A stretch of 64,000 bases of DNA from Rebecca billardiae RCC1528 (taxonomy: Eukaryota; Protista; Haptophyta): the NCBI GenBank assembly GCA_965240325.2, contig OZ251227.1, positions 1,240,001 through 1,304,000 of the forward strand. Direction: 5' to 3'. Shown here one piece after another: positions 12,577-24,220 of this stretch. Position 1 is the first letter of the stretch; each line of letters begins with the position of its first letter. The notes beneath the pieces were generated by a model, which was given only the letters and a program-made list of their open reading frames with translations, did not search any database and was not told the origin of the DNA. The position numbers were made by a program, and so were the translations under genes.

Positions 12577-13171
12577 CCCGTCGGTCCGTCGTCGTCCGGG
12601 GGCCGACGAGTCGACGAGTCGTCGTCCGCGATCATCACTGATAATGCTGTGCGCTGCGCTCAGCAAAAACGTGCTACCGCTGCTTATACTATATAGTAGA
12701 ATACGACGACGACTGCTAGCAGTTGAGTACTGACAAACCATAGCAGATAGTTACCGCCCTCGTCTGCTGATGAATGAATCGTAGTCGTCAGTGAATGTCA
12801 TCGTCTCAGACTCAGTGACGAATGTCTGATTGACTGAGACTGAGTAGCCAGCAGGCCCATCGGAGGCTTCATGACCATGTAGTCCGCCGGTCGGCACTGA
12901 ATGGCCGGCAGGTTGGTCCGAGGCGGCCCCCGCGGGGCGCGGGAATCCGGAGCGGCGGCCCCCTGGCGTGCGTATCGTCTTGCTATCTAAACTGCTTAAC
13001 CTGGTGTACGCGTGTCACGGTCGTCTCGGCGGCTGTAATGTTGCGGGCGAGGCCGATCGAGGACGATACTCGATAGGACGACTGCTTTGGCGTGTTCCTT
13101 CGGCTTGGCTTCGCAGGCTCAGTGGCGTGCCGCGCGCGGGCGTGGCCATGGTGGGCGCTGCCCACCGTCGA

Positions 13172-14665
13172 CTAGTTCAAGCCCGCATCGGCGCGCCGGC
13201 AGTCCGGGATCAGCGTGCCACGCCCAGGCACGGCGGCCGCGGCCGCCGGCGCCAGCGTGGAGGAGCCGCAGGGCACGGGGTTCGTTGCCAGCGGCTTGGT
13301 GCGCTCGCCGGTGCGTGCGGCGGCGGCGGCGGCGCGGCCTAAGCGCAGCGCTCTGCACCGCCCAGGCCGATCCAGCTCGACGATCACGACCGAGCGCGCG
13401 AACGCACCGAGGTGCTCGCCCTTGTGGATCGAGTTTGTGTCGAACACAAAGCCGCCGCCCCCGCGCCCGCCCATCGGCACCACGTCGTGCGCCGCGCGGA
13501 CCCACGCGTCGTCGAAGCGCGAGTCCTGCACCCACGCCGCACTCCACCACACGTGGTCGTGCGTGCCGCGCGCGACGAGGGTGGGCCGGCCCGCGGCGGG
13601 GTCCACGTCGTGCAGGAAGATGAAGAGCTTGAGCCGCCGGCCCGCCCGGTCGTGGTGCCAGTGGCTGGAGACGTAGCCCTCGTGCCCGCTCATGTTGGCC
13701 GCGAGGCGCAACAGGAGGTAACCGAACGAGCAGCAGCCGCCGCGCGCCGACGCGCCGCGGACGGCGGGCGTTGCGGTGTGCGCAGGGTTGAGGTACGCGC
13801 GCACCGCGCGCACGAGCGACTCGTTCGCCAGCAGCGGCGCCAGCAGCCGCTCGACCTCCGGCGCGTGCGCTTTCACGGTCGGCGCCCAGCCCGCCGCCGA
13901 GCTCGACTGCCGTTCGGCCGCCCGGTCCAGCGCCCGCATCGCGACGCGCCGGAGCCGCCCGAAGTCGAGCGGCGCCCAGCGGTCGACGAGGACGAAGCCG
14001 TCGCGGGCGAGCCCGTCGTACAGCAAGCTCGCGCCCGCGCCCGCCGCCCCGTCGCCCAGCTGCGCGCGCACGGCGCGCTCGGCGGTGGTGCGCGCCTCGG
14101 TGTCAAGCGCCCAGAACGCCTCGCTCAGCTGGTGCGTGCTCGCGCCGAGGGTGGCCACGGGCCAGCTGGCGAAGGCACGCGCGGGCGCGCTGAGGTTTGT
14201 CACGGACGACCAGTCCGGGTCGTCGTAGTACGCGTCGCGCAGCGCGCGCAGCGGCGCCCAGCCGAGCACATCCTCGGAGCTGCTTGAGTTGCTCTGCCGG
14301 CGGCGCGCGAACGGCACGCGCGCATCGAGGCCGAGCGCACCGGCGACGAAGCCGTCGGCCGTGGCCTCGAGCATCAGTCGAACGAGCGTCGCATTCTCGC
14401 GCAAGCGTGCGCACAGCTGCTCCTTGCGCGCCGCGTACAGCTCGGCCATGATGGCACGCGGCACGACGGCAGTCTCTGCTTTTGCGCCCGTCTGCGGCAG
14501 CTTGGTCATGATGGGGGCGTCCACGAATGCCCGGGACTCGCGCTCCGCGAACGGCATGGGCACACCCATCAGGCTCGGTGCGAGGCACGCCTTCGACGCA
14601 TCCGTCACCGGCGTGGCCACAGCGGCTGCCGCGGCCGCTGCCATCAGCAAGCAGGCTGCCGCCAT
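13172..14665 (-). CDS. Phytanoyl-CoA dioxygenase (PhyH)-like 2OG-Fe(II) oxygenase with a signal peptide
   Basis: Motifs LARDGFVLV, WHHD (HxD), LKLFIFLHDVD...PTLVARGTH and GGFVFDTNSIHKG...RSVV. Hydrophobic N-terminus MAAACLLMAAAAAAAVA. Confidence 0.8.
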   Translation of the reverse strand: MAAACLLMAAAAAAAVATPVTDASKACLAPSLMGVPMPFAERESRAFVDAPIMTKLPQTGAKAETAVVPRAIMAELYAARKEQLCARLRENATLVRLMLEATADGFVAGALGLDARVPFARRRQSNSSSSEDVLGWAPLRALRDAYYDDPDWSSVTNLSAPARAFASWPVATLGASTHQLSEAFWALDTEARTTAERAVRAQLGDGAAGAGASLLYDGLARDGFVLVDRWAPLDFGRLRRVAMRALDRAAERQSSSAAGWAPTVKAHAPEVERLLAPLLANESLVRAVRAYLNPAHTATPAVRGASARGGCCSFGYLLLRLAANMSGHEGYVSSHWHHDRAGRRLKLFIFLHDVDPAAGRPTLVARGTHDHVWWSAAWVQDSRFDDAWVRAAHDVVPMGGRGGGGFVFDTNSIHKGEHLGAFARSVVIVELDRPGRCRALRLGRAAAAAARTGERTKPLATNPVPCGSSTLAPAAAAAVPGRGTLIPDCRRADAGLN

Positions 14666-14860
14666 AAGCCCCGCCACTTTTTGAGCCCTGTTTGAGCCTA
14701 CTTTGGGCGGCTTGGTGCGAGGTGGTGAGTGGCGGGCGCACGGCGGACGCGTCAGACGCGTAGGCGCGGTCGAGTAGCCCCGCCCCCCGCCACGCGCCAG
14801 CCCCGTCCGTCCGCTGTGCGCGCGTGAACCTCGGCAGCGCGAGGGCGGTGTGCACCTGAT

Positions 14861-15108
14861 GGCGAGCCACTCGAAGGGACGACCAAACCCCATCGCTAAA
14901 AGGAGTAAAATAAGCTATTGGGGTTCAGACGTGCAATCCAGCCGAATCGGAAATCCGGCGAGGGTGACGGAAGGTCCCGGTCTGATTCCGATTCCCGTCC
15001 GTGGCGTTGTCGATCCCAGCGCTGCGGACCAATCATTTGGAATTAAAGTTTGCCTCGGTTTTGGTCGTCCTCCCGGTAGCTTTTGGTCGTCCCTTCGCTC
15101 GGCTCGCC
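14861..15108. repeat. 27-bp imperfect inverted repeat (16-bp perfect core) spanning 248 bp; candidate small element
   Basis: GGCGAGCC-ACT-CGAAGGGACGACCAAA (14861-14887) pairs with TTTGGTCGTCCCTTCG-CTC-GGCTCGCC (15082-15108). Confidence 0.55.
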
Positions 15109-16241
15109 GCGCCGCTGGGGAGAAAAGCAAAGTGGCAGGGGCTTATGGGGAGCCGCCAGGCGCCAGGAGGTCCGAAGGGGTTTTGCCCCGCGGCGCAGCC
15201 CTTGCAGGTCGGGGCAAGCTCTGGCGGAGCGTGACAGCCTGGCACTCCGCTGGACCAGACCACCCTTGCCGCTGGTGAGCAGGGGCCCGGGAACGCCCTC
15301 GTAGATCGGCGGGCGATTTTGCCCGAGCCCTCGGTTTTAGCGCGCGCCTATTGGCATACTTAATTACTGTGCATTAATTAGTAGTACTTCTGACTTCATT
15401 GCCATGGCACGCTTTGAGTCGTAGCGCGTACAGTTGACTAAGATTAAGAGACGCACACAGCTCAGGCAGGCGTCAGGCGAGATTAGGCCCGTGGCCGTAT
15501 GTAGCCGGTAGCAGCATTACCATTTACTACTGCAGCTCACGGTCCGTGCGCGGAGGCTCTGAGCAAGGCCAAGGGTGAAGACTGAAGGGAGCAAGGGACT
15601 CCCTTGCTCTGAGCGGGTCAGAAGACTGTTACAATACACTGTCAACGGTGCCAATGATACACGCCTGGCACTGGCTGTGGCGGACGTGGCAGTAGTGGGA
15701 ATACTCGCGCGCGACTATATTTAAATACGCTATAAGCAGTATAGTATTAGATCGTAGTGATCCTCAATCAGAGTGACGATGCTGCGAACAGTGACGTATG
15801 GTAAGGGAGGGGACTCTGGGGAGGCCCGGGGAAGGCCGCTCCGCCGAGTCAGGGAGGGCTCAGACTGGCCGCCTCCGAGTCGGACACGGTTGCGGGCCTG
15901 GCCGCTCTGGGACTGGGAGGCCGGCGCTACCCACTTACACTAACACTCCCGGATACTACCAGCCGGCGTCTACGGTCTGTCCAGCGGCCCGGGCGTCCAG
16001 CCGCGGCGGTATGCCAGCGCTAATAAACCGCGCCAGCGCGCCCTTGCGGCCCGCCACGGGCCGGCCCGGGGTGACCGGTGAGCGGACCGCCATTCACGCT
16101 GAGCCTGAGTCCGCGCACGCGCATCTTGCGGCTGCAGCGCAGTCGTCAGCATTGAATGACAATGCACGCGTGTAGCTACATAGTAATACTATCATGTGTC
16201 ATACTGTGAGCCTACTGGAGGCTGGATGCACCCTGAGTGAG

Positions 16242-17183
16242 CTATGCCTGTGCGTCTAGCCAATCCGCGATGCGGTCGGCCACCGTGTCCCAGCCGGGGA
16301 TGAGCATCACGTCGTGGCCCATGGCCGCGATCATCTCAGGCTTCACGCCGTAGAACTCCGCCGTCTCCGCGACGCCGTCCGCATCCACGACCGCGTCAAG
16401 CTCCGCGCCGAGCACGAGCATTGGCGGGCAGCGCTCGACCCAGTCGGCGCGCCTGCCGCTCGCGTCGGCGCGCAGCGACGGGAGCTTCCGGTTGAAGTCG
16501 AAGACGTCGAGGGTGCACGCGGAGTCCGCTTTAAAGCGATCCATGTACCCCTGCACCTCCGCGTCGGGCAGCGCGTCCGAGAAGAAGAGGGCCGACGCGT
16601 CGCGCACTGAGCTCGCGGCGGTCTTGGCGACGAATGCCCGCGTGATGCGCAGCGCCGCGAGCGGCGTGCGGCGCAAGAAGCGCATCGTCATGCGGCCATT
16701 GCCGGAGGGCGGGACGGAGCAAAGGAGCACAGACGCCGCCACCTCGGGCTCGCCCCGCTCCATCAGCTTCTGCACGTACGCGCCGCCGAACGAGTGGCCG
16801 ACGAGCGCGGGCGGCGCGCGGACCACCTCGCGCACAAACGTGCTGAGGTCGTCCACGTGCTCGTCGATGCCAATCTTGCGCGGCTCGGGCTCGGCCGAGG
16901 CCGACGTACCTCGCAGGCTGATGGCGTACGCGTCATACCCGCGCGCGGCGAAGCGCTCGAGCCAGTGCTCCGCGAAGCACCACGAGCCGTGAAACGTGCC
17001 GTGGCAGAAGACGACCGGAGGGCGCGGGCGCGAGGCCGGAGCCGCGCGCGCGAGGGAGTACTCCATGCGCAGCGCGCGGCCGGGTAGATCGACCACGTCC
17101 GACACGACCGTGCCCAACGCGCGGCGCGGCGCCGCGAGCAGCGCAAGCGCGAGTGCCCACGGCTTGCCCATAGATGTCGCCAT
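16242..17183 (-). CDS. Alpha/beta hydrolase with a signal/targeting peptide
   Basis: VVFCHGTFHGSWCF, nucleophile elbow GHSFGG, LGAELDAVV (Asp) and MGHDVML (His). Confidence 0.9.
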   Translation of the reverse strand: MATSMGKPWALALALLAAPRRALGTVVSDVVDLPGRALRMEYSLARAAPASRPRPPVVFCHGTFHGSWCFAEHWLERFAARGYDAYAISLRGTSASAEPEPRKIGIDEHVDDLSTFVREVVRAPPALVGHSFGGAYVQKLMERGEPEVAASVLLCSVPPSGNGRMTMRFLRRTPLAALRITRAFVAKTAASSVRDASALFFSDALPDAEVQGYMDRFKADSACTLDVFDFNRKLPSLRADASGRRADWVERCPPMLVLGAELDAVVDADGVAETAEFYGVKPEMIAAMGHDVMLIPGWDTVADRIADWLDAQA

Positions 17184-17400
17184 CGCCGAGGCAGCAGCGG
17201 AGCAGCCGAGCAGCCTGCTCGAAAGCTGTGGCTCCAGCACCGGACATTCGCGCCGTGAGACTCCGGATTTGACCAACGGTCGTCAGCTGGCGAGAAATAA
17301 ACGCGCGTGGCCGCGCTAAAACTGAAAAATGGTCGTCGGTCGACATTGTCAGGCTGAGGCTTGCTCAGCACCCGCGCGCACGGGCAAGCCGGCGGCGACC

Positions 17401-20400
17401 ATGGATCGCGCGGAGATGCGCAAGCGAGTCAACAGGCTCAAGGAGCAGGCGCCCCGCCCGGTCGAAGCGCCCGCGTCCTCAGTGTCGCCTACACCGCCGT
17501 CCCCACCACCGCTCAGCGTGCCGCCGCCGACTACGCCGTCGCCGCCGACACCAACACCTGCGCCGCCGCCGCCGCCGCCCCATGGCGACAGCCCCGCCCC
17601 GCGCCGGCCGCGCATTCGGGCGATGCGCGGAGACGCGAGCCCGCCGGCAGCAAAGGCAGCGGCGCCCGACGCATTTGAGCTCGTGCCGCCGCGCGTCGAG
17701 TCGAGGCATGGCTCGCTCTCCTCCGGCCGCAACGGCGTGCACCGCACGCTCGCCCCTGCGAATGGCTACTCGCGCCTCGACGACGCGCTGGGCGATGAGG
17801 AGGCAGGCCTGGCGCGCGGGGCGCCGGCCACGGCGCCCGCCGAGGCCGTGCTCGCGCCCAAGCCGCACCCGGACTACGGCCCGTCGGCCGGGACGATCCG
17901 GCAGCGCTGCCGGCTGCGCGTGATCTGGTGGTGCCTCACGATCGGCACGGTGTGGGTGCTGATCGCGCTCGTGCGCATGCCGCTGCTCGAGGTGGACGCG
18001 GACCGCACGTTCGACCCGTCGCGCAAGCTCAACGTCGAGGTGTCGGGCTGCGACGTGCACATCCTGCCCGCGGAGCCCGGCTCGGCCGCGCGCGTGCGGC
18101 TGCAGGGCATGCTGAGCAGGACGCGCGCCGAGTGGCTCGCGAGCTCGGACCGGTTCGGCGCTCGGAGCGACGACGGGACGGGCAGCGTTTACTACCTGCG
18201 CGCGTGGAGCTCGGCGGACTGCCGCCGGCTGCCCTTCATGCAGTGCGCCGAGTCGTGCCTCGTCACCCTCTCCATCCCGCACGGCGTCGTCCCTGCCGAG
18301 CTGCACGTCAGCCAGGCGGAGACGGACGAGAGCCCGTGGCTGCAGCTGCGCGCGCGCGACGTCGAGCTGGGCACGCTGCGCGTGCGCGGGAACGCGGGGC
18401 AGTTCTGGGACGTGACCGGGCCGACGCTGGACGTGGGGCTGCAGCGCGTGGCCATCCGCGACGCGCTCCTCGTCAGCCTCTCGGGAGGCTCGATGCGGTG
18501 CGATGAGTGCGACATCGCACCCGGCGCCACCGTCGACGTGCGCACGCGCGCTGGCTCGATCGCCATGGATGCGCTCTGGCCGGCAGCCGAGCGCGCGCCC
18601 TCCGCGGGCGGCGAGCAGACGTACGTGCCGGCGGTGCAGATGCACCTGCACCAGCCGATGAACTACATGTGCGTCGCCGCCGAGACGCCAGCCGGTGGCC
18701 AGCGCGCGGGCGCGCCGCTCGTGAACCGCAGCGGCGGTGCCGCGGAGGCCGGAGCGGCCGAGCCGGCTGCGGGCGCCCCCTCGGCGGGCGGCGCGTGGGC
18801 CGACGCTTTCGAGACGGAGATCGTGCCCGACAGCGACCCGTGGGAGTCGTGCTCCTCGGACTGGCACATGGGGGGCACCTTTGAGCTCTTCGACAAGAAC
18901 AGAGACGCGTTCGTGGACAGGGCCGAGTTCCTGCGCGCGCTCGACTCGATCCCATACTGCTGCGGCGCGGAGGACTGCCCGCACGCCTCCGACTGCGAGC
19001 CCGTGTCTTGGAAAGTGTTCCCAGCACTCTCCGCGCCGCTCCCCGCGCCGAGCGGCGCGGGGCTGAGCGGCCAGTTCGGGCTGCTGTCCGTCTCGGCGTT
19101 CATGCGCTCGCTGATGCGGTACAACCTCTCCGGCCTCGTCCCGAATTGCTTCGACCGCGTGGTTGTCGAGGCGGTGCCGCTCGATCCCGACGCGAGAGCG
19201 GCGCGCAGCGTGGCGCGCGGCGCGGGGCCGGGCGGTGCGGATGGGGGCGCCGCCGCGGGCGGCCTCCGGCGGCGGCGGCACGGCGCGGGCACGCGTGTGA
19301 ACGTGGGTATCGGCGTCGGCGGCGCGACCGTGCGCGGGCGCGCGTCCCTCCGGCGCATGCTGCGCGAGCGGCGCCGACGTTGGCACGACGCACGTGCGGA
19401 TGAGCGGGGCGGCAGCGATGCCGATGGCGGCGGCGGCGGCGGTGGTGACGGCAGCGGAACGGGTGCGGGCGACGCGCTGCGCCGCCCGCTCGGCGCGGGG
19501 GCGGCCGACGCCATCGGCTGCGCGGCGGCTGGAGGCGACGGCTGCGAGCCGCACTACCCAGCACCCTCAGCACGCGCGCCTCCGACGCCTCCGCCCTCGC
19601 CCTCGCCGAGCGAGCCGCCGATGGCGCCGCCGCCGCCGCCGGCCCCGCCGCCGCAGCCGCCCGCGCCGCCGCTCGCGCCGGCGGTGTGGGCTGGGCTCGA
19701 GGCGCTGGGCGGGCAGATCCACGTGTCCGTCCGCGCGCGGCACTCGCACTGGCGCGCCTCTGAGCGCGGCTCCGCCTCGAGCGGGCTCTACGGCGGCGGC
19801 TCGAGCTCGGCGTGGCCGCCTCACACCGCCTCGGACGGCGCGCGCTTCTACGCGCCGCCTGATCGGTACGCTGGCATCCGGATGCTCGCCGCCGACGCGC
19901 GGCACCTCTCGGCGGAGGTGGGCGCGCAGTACGGCGACCTGAGCTCGAGCTCGCACGCGTTCGTCGTCTTCGACGTCCCCGCCGCGCCGGGCATCCCCCG
20001 CTCGCTCTGGGTCTACGCCACCGCGCCCATCTTCCACGTGCTCGAGCCGGCGACGCTCGCGCACCTCTCGCTGGGGACGCTTGTGCCCACGCTGCTGCGC
20101 TACCGCGTGCGCTTCCACAGCACGGGCTGCGAGGCAAACCTCACGCTGGGCGCGGAGAGGCAGGGGTCGTGCGGCGCGCTGTACATGCCGGCGGGGCAGT
20201 CCACCGCGGCGCTGGACGCGGTGTGCTCCGAGGCCGAGTACCCGGACCAGACGGCGCGGCTGGCGCAGGTGTACGACGGGCTCGTGCGCGCCATCAAGTC
20301 GGACGCGCTCGACACGCGCCGGCTGCGCGGCCAGGTGCTGCTCGTCGGCCCGCCCTCGCACGACAGCTCGTACTGGTGGCTCAACGAGCCCGGCTCGAAC

Positions 20401-20693
20401 CAGCACTCGCTGTACGAGTTCAGCTACTCCACGCAGACGGGCGAGCACACGGTGGTGCCGCTGCGCGCGTCCCGCCTCTCGGCGCTGATCCACCTGGCCG
20501 TGCTGCTGTCCGTGTTTGCGTCGCTCATCGTCGCCGGCTGCGGCGCGCACGGCGTGTACATCGGCGCGCACGCGATCCTGCACCGCGCGGCGTCGGCGCA
20601 GCGCTCCAAGCTGCGCATGCTCTCCGCCAAGGGGCTGCCGCTCGAGGAGTTCTCCGGCGCGAGCGGCGAGGAGGGCGCGGCGGAGCGGCGGCT

Positions 20694-20724
<31 letters not shown>

Positions 20725-23269
20725 ATCGACGGCATCAGCGCCGGACGGGCCGTGCTGCGAGGCGCGCCCGACCTTGCGGTGCTGCGCGCGCCGCTCTCGT
20801 TCATCTCGGTCGTGTTCATCGCCCCGCTCCGGCGCCGCTTCACGCCCTCGCTCACGCGCTTCGTCGACGACGCATGCGAGCTGGACGAGATCCTGCACTT
20901 CGGCGGCAAGGAGATTGTGGTGCGGCGCCGGGCCAAGCCGAGGCGCGCGGCCGCGCCCAAGCGCGCGCCCAGCACAATCAAGCGACCGCCCTTGGAAGCC
21001 GGCCCGGCGGCCGCGCCGGCCGGCGCCGCCGAGCCCTCGCCGGCCGCGGCGGATGAGCGCGCCGCCGCCGCCGCCGCCGCGGACGGCGGCCCCGGCCGCT
21101 CCGTCGTGCTGATGAGCCAGCTGGTCGGCGCGTACGAGCTGTACTGCTTCCAGCACGACCTCGAGATCCTCGGCTCGCACGTGGCGGTGGCGCGCGCGCT
21201 CATCTCCGAGTTCAACTGCCGCGTGTGCGCCGCGACGGCGACGCACTACTTTGGGCTGGCGTGGCGCGCGGTGGCGCCGACGCCCGCGCCGGCGGCGCCG
21301 CTGCGGGCGGGGCGCGTCTCCGAGCGCGAGCTCGTGCGCGCGTTCGTGCGGGAGCGCTGCGTGCTCGCATCGCCGAGCGCGCGGCGCGCGCTGGCCGCGG
21401 ACGGCGGCGGCGGCGACGGCGGCAGCGGCGCGCTTCGGGACGCGGCGGCAGAGCCGGCGGAGGCGGCGGCGGCCCTCGCGCCTGTCGCGCCGCGCGGCTG
21501 CTTTGTGACGGCCGAGCCGGTCGCCGGGCTCAGCTCGCAGCCGGGCTTCGTGCCCGAGCTGCGCGCGTGGTGCGAGGCGCGCGGCGTGCCGGCGCCGTCG
21601 GACGCGGCGCGCGTGGCCGTTCTGGCCGAGCTGGGCGTGGGCGTGTCCGAGGCGGTGGTGCGCACGGTGCACGGGGTCCGGCTGCGCGAGACGCCGCGGC
21701 CGCGCTCGCTCACGTGCGGCCGCTTCGTGATGGAGGGCCTCACGGTGCTCGCGCACTTCTGGCTCCTCGTGCTGCCTGGGCTCGCGGTGCTCTCCACCTC
21801 AGTGTACGCGCAGGAGGTGTTCATCCGCACGGACGCGACGCGCCAGCCGCTGCTGTGGCAGCACGCGTTCGAGAGGACCAAGGAGGGCGGGCTGCTGTGG
21901 CTGCAGTCGCTGCTCAACTCGGGCCGGCGGCAGGTGGTCGCGACGGTGCGCTTCGAGATCCTCGAGCAGATTCTCTTCGTGTGCTTCACGCTGGTGCACA
22001 TGCTGCTGCATTACCTCGGACGGCCGCGCGCGCGAGGGCTGCTCGCGTGGTGCGCGCGCACGCTCGACTCCCTGTATGGCCTCCTCCTGGGCGCTCACGT
22101 CGTGCTGCTGCTCTTCCACGTCACGCTCAACCTCACGTGGTCAGCGCGCACGGACGCGCGCCGTTCGCGTGCTGCGCCCGGCTCGCGCGCCGGGCGCTGC
22201 CCGGACGCCGCCGAGCGGCTCAGGAGCGCGCGGCTTGGCGCGCGGCCCCGCGCTGCGCGGGCTTGCGCGCACGCGCGCGCGGGCGCCGCCGCCGACCGAC
22301 GTGCCGCCACCCGGCACCTCCGCCCGCCCGCCTCCCGCGCCGACGCAGGTGCCTGCTCGCGGCGATCCTCGACCCACACCACTTCCTGCCCGCGGGCACG
22401 GCCGTGGTGGTGGGCGTGGCCGTGGTGATCACGACGCAGCGAGACCTCGTCGCGGCCGCGGCCGTGCTCCGACAGCGCCTCTCCGCGGCCTTCCACTCGC
22501 TGCTGCACGTGCGCGCGCGCGAGGTCGCGCGCGGCACGGCATGCGCAGGGCGTGCGTGCTGCCCCGTCGCCGCCGCCCGTGCCGCGGCTCCGCCTCCCGA
22601 CGCGCGTCGCACCCGACACGCGCCGCGTCGCCCACCGCACCGCGCGCGCGCGTGCGCGTGCAGGACGCACTGCGCACGGCTCGGAGGCATCACGAGCCGG
22701 GAGCCGAGCCCTTGCCATCGGCGGCGGCGGCCGAGCCGTCGTCCGAGGAGCAGCGCACGGTGCGCGCGGCCGACGTGTTCAGCCTGCTCACTGCCGAGTC
22801 CGACTCGCTCACCCTCGAGTTCGACTCGTTCGTCGAGCTGTTCTCGCAGCTGGACGTCAACCTGTCCGAGGCGCGCAAGGAGCAGCTCTTCGCCTTCATG
22901 GACTCGACGGGCGACGGGCACATCGACCAGAAGGAGTTCGAGGACGGGTGGGACTTCCTCGTCGAGCAGATGATCGAGGAGGCCGCCGAGTCGATGGGGC
23001 TCTCGGGCGCGCGCATCGTGCTCGCGCTGCTCGCCACGGTGATGTGGCTGGTCTCGATGTTCGCGTTCATCTTCCTCGCCGTGCAGGGGTGGTTCACGCA
23101 GGGCTCGTTCGCCTCGACCGTGCAGTCCATCTTCATCTGCACCTCGGGCGTGATGGTCAAGATGATTCGCTCCAGGTCGGTGAGCGAGCAGTCGGAGAGG
23201 GTCGACGAGCTCGTGCGCGCCATCACTGATCGCGTGGACGCGGCGGGCGATTCCAGCCGGCAGCGCTAA
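17401..23269 (+). CDS. Large multi-pass membrane protein with EF-hand motifs; exons 17401-22139, 22349-22508, 22664-23269
   Basis: EF-hand loops DKNRDAFVDRAEF and DSTGDGHIDQKEF, several hydrophobic helices, Pro-rich linkers. Two GT-AG introns restore the frame. Confidence 0.75.
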
Positions 23270-24220
23270 TCAGACCGCGCGCCATCATCACTGACGATAT
23301 ACTACTACAGTCCCCTCAACAATTGGTTACCCTTGTGTTTAGCTGTCTATACCAGCTCAGTCACTGTTTGAGGCCCACTGCTGCATGCTATCTGTTACTG
23401 CACCTATAGCCCTCACAGACCAGGTGGGTATGAGCTGGGCGGGTGTGTGGGCTGAGTCAGTCAGATAAATTGAATGCAGGTGCACAACCGGCTGACGGGT
23501 GCTGCGCGGGGGTGCTGGACCACCACGAGGGCAGGCTGGGATGGAAATTCACCCCCTGAGCAGGCTATGGGCTGGCTGGCTGGGAGTGTAGCAGCTGTAT
23601 AGTGGGCCCTGGCGCTGCAGCTGGATGGCCTTTGATACTGCCTAGCAGCCAGCCTAGCAGCACAGCCTGGCGTGAGCAGTGCGGTTTCAGTGCGCAGGCC
23701 ACGTCTCTGCGGGTGGTGGTCGGGGAATGGCCACCACAGTGCACCAGATGCACCTAGCCTGCCAGCGGCCCACCTGCTGATTGGGTATGCCCTGTAGCAC
23801 AGCACACGAGGCTCCGCCGAAAATCAGCGGCGCGCTGTGCTACAGGCTGGGCTGAAAGGGGTGTGGGAGCCAGTCGAGAGCCTGTCGGCCACTGTCACGT
23901 CCGAGCTGGCCGGCTTCACGTGCTGCCCAGAGGAGTCCTCCAATTGTCACTCACCCGGCTGAAGTCATGATGGGTGGGTGCAGCTCGACCGAATGGAGAG
24001 TGCTGGGGCCGCAGGTGCCCGTCATGCAAGCCTAGGCGGCCAGGAGAAGGTGTGATGTGCAGGTGTGCTCTCCATAGGGTAATTTATTGTTGAGAGGACT
24101 GTACGTATGCTGTCGTACTGTACAGTTTATTTTTTTTAACGTGCGTAATAAGGCTCACGGCGGCAGGTTGCCGCGCCATCCTTCATTGCACGCTCAGTAG
24201 TACTTAGTGTACAGCATCTT

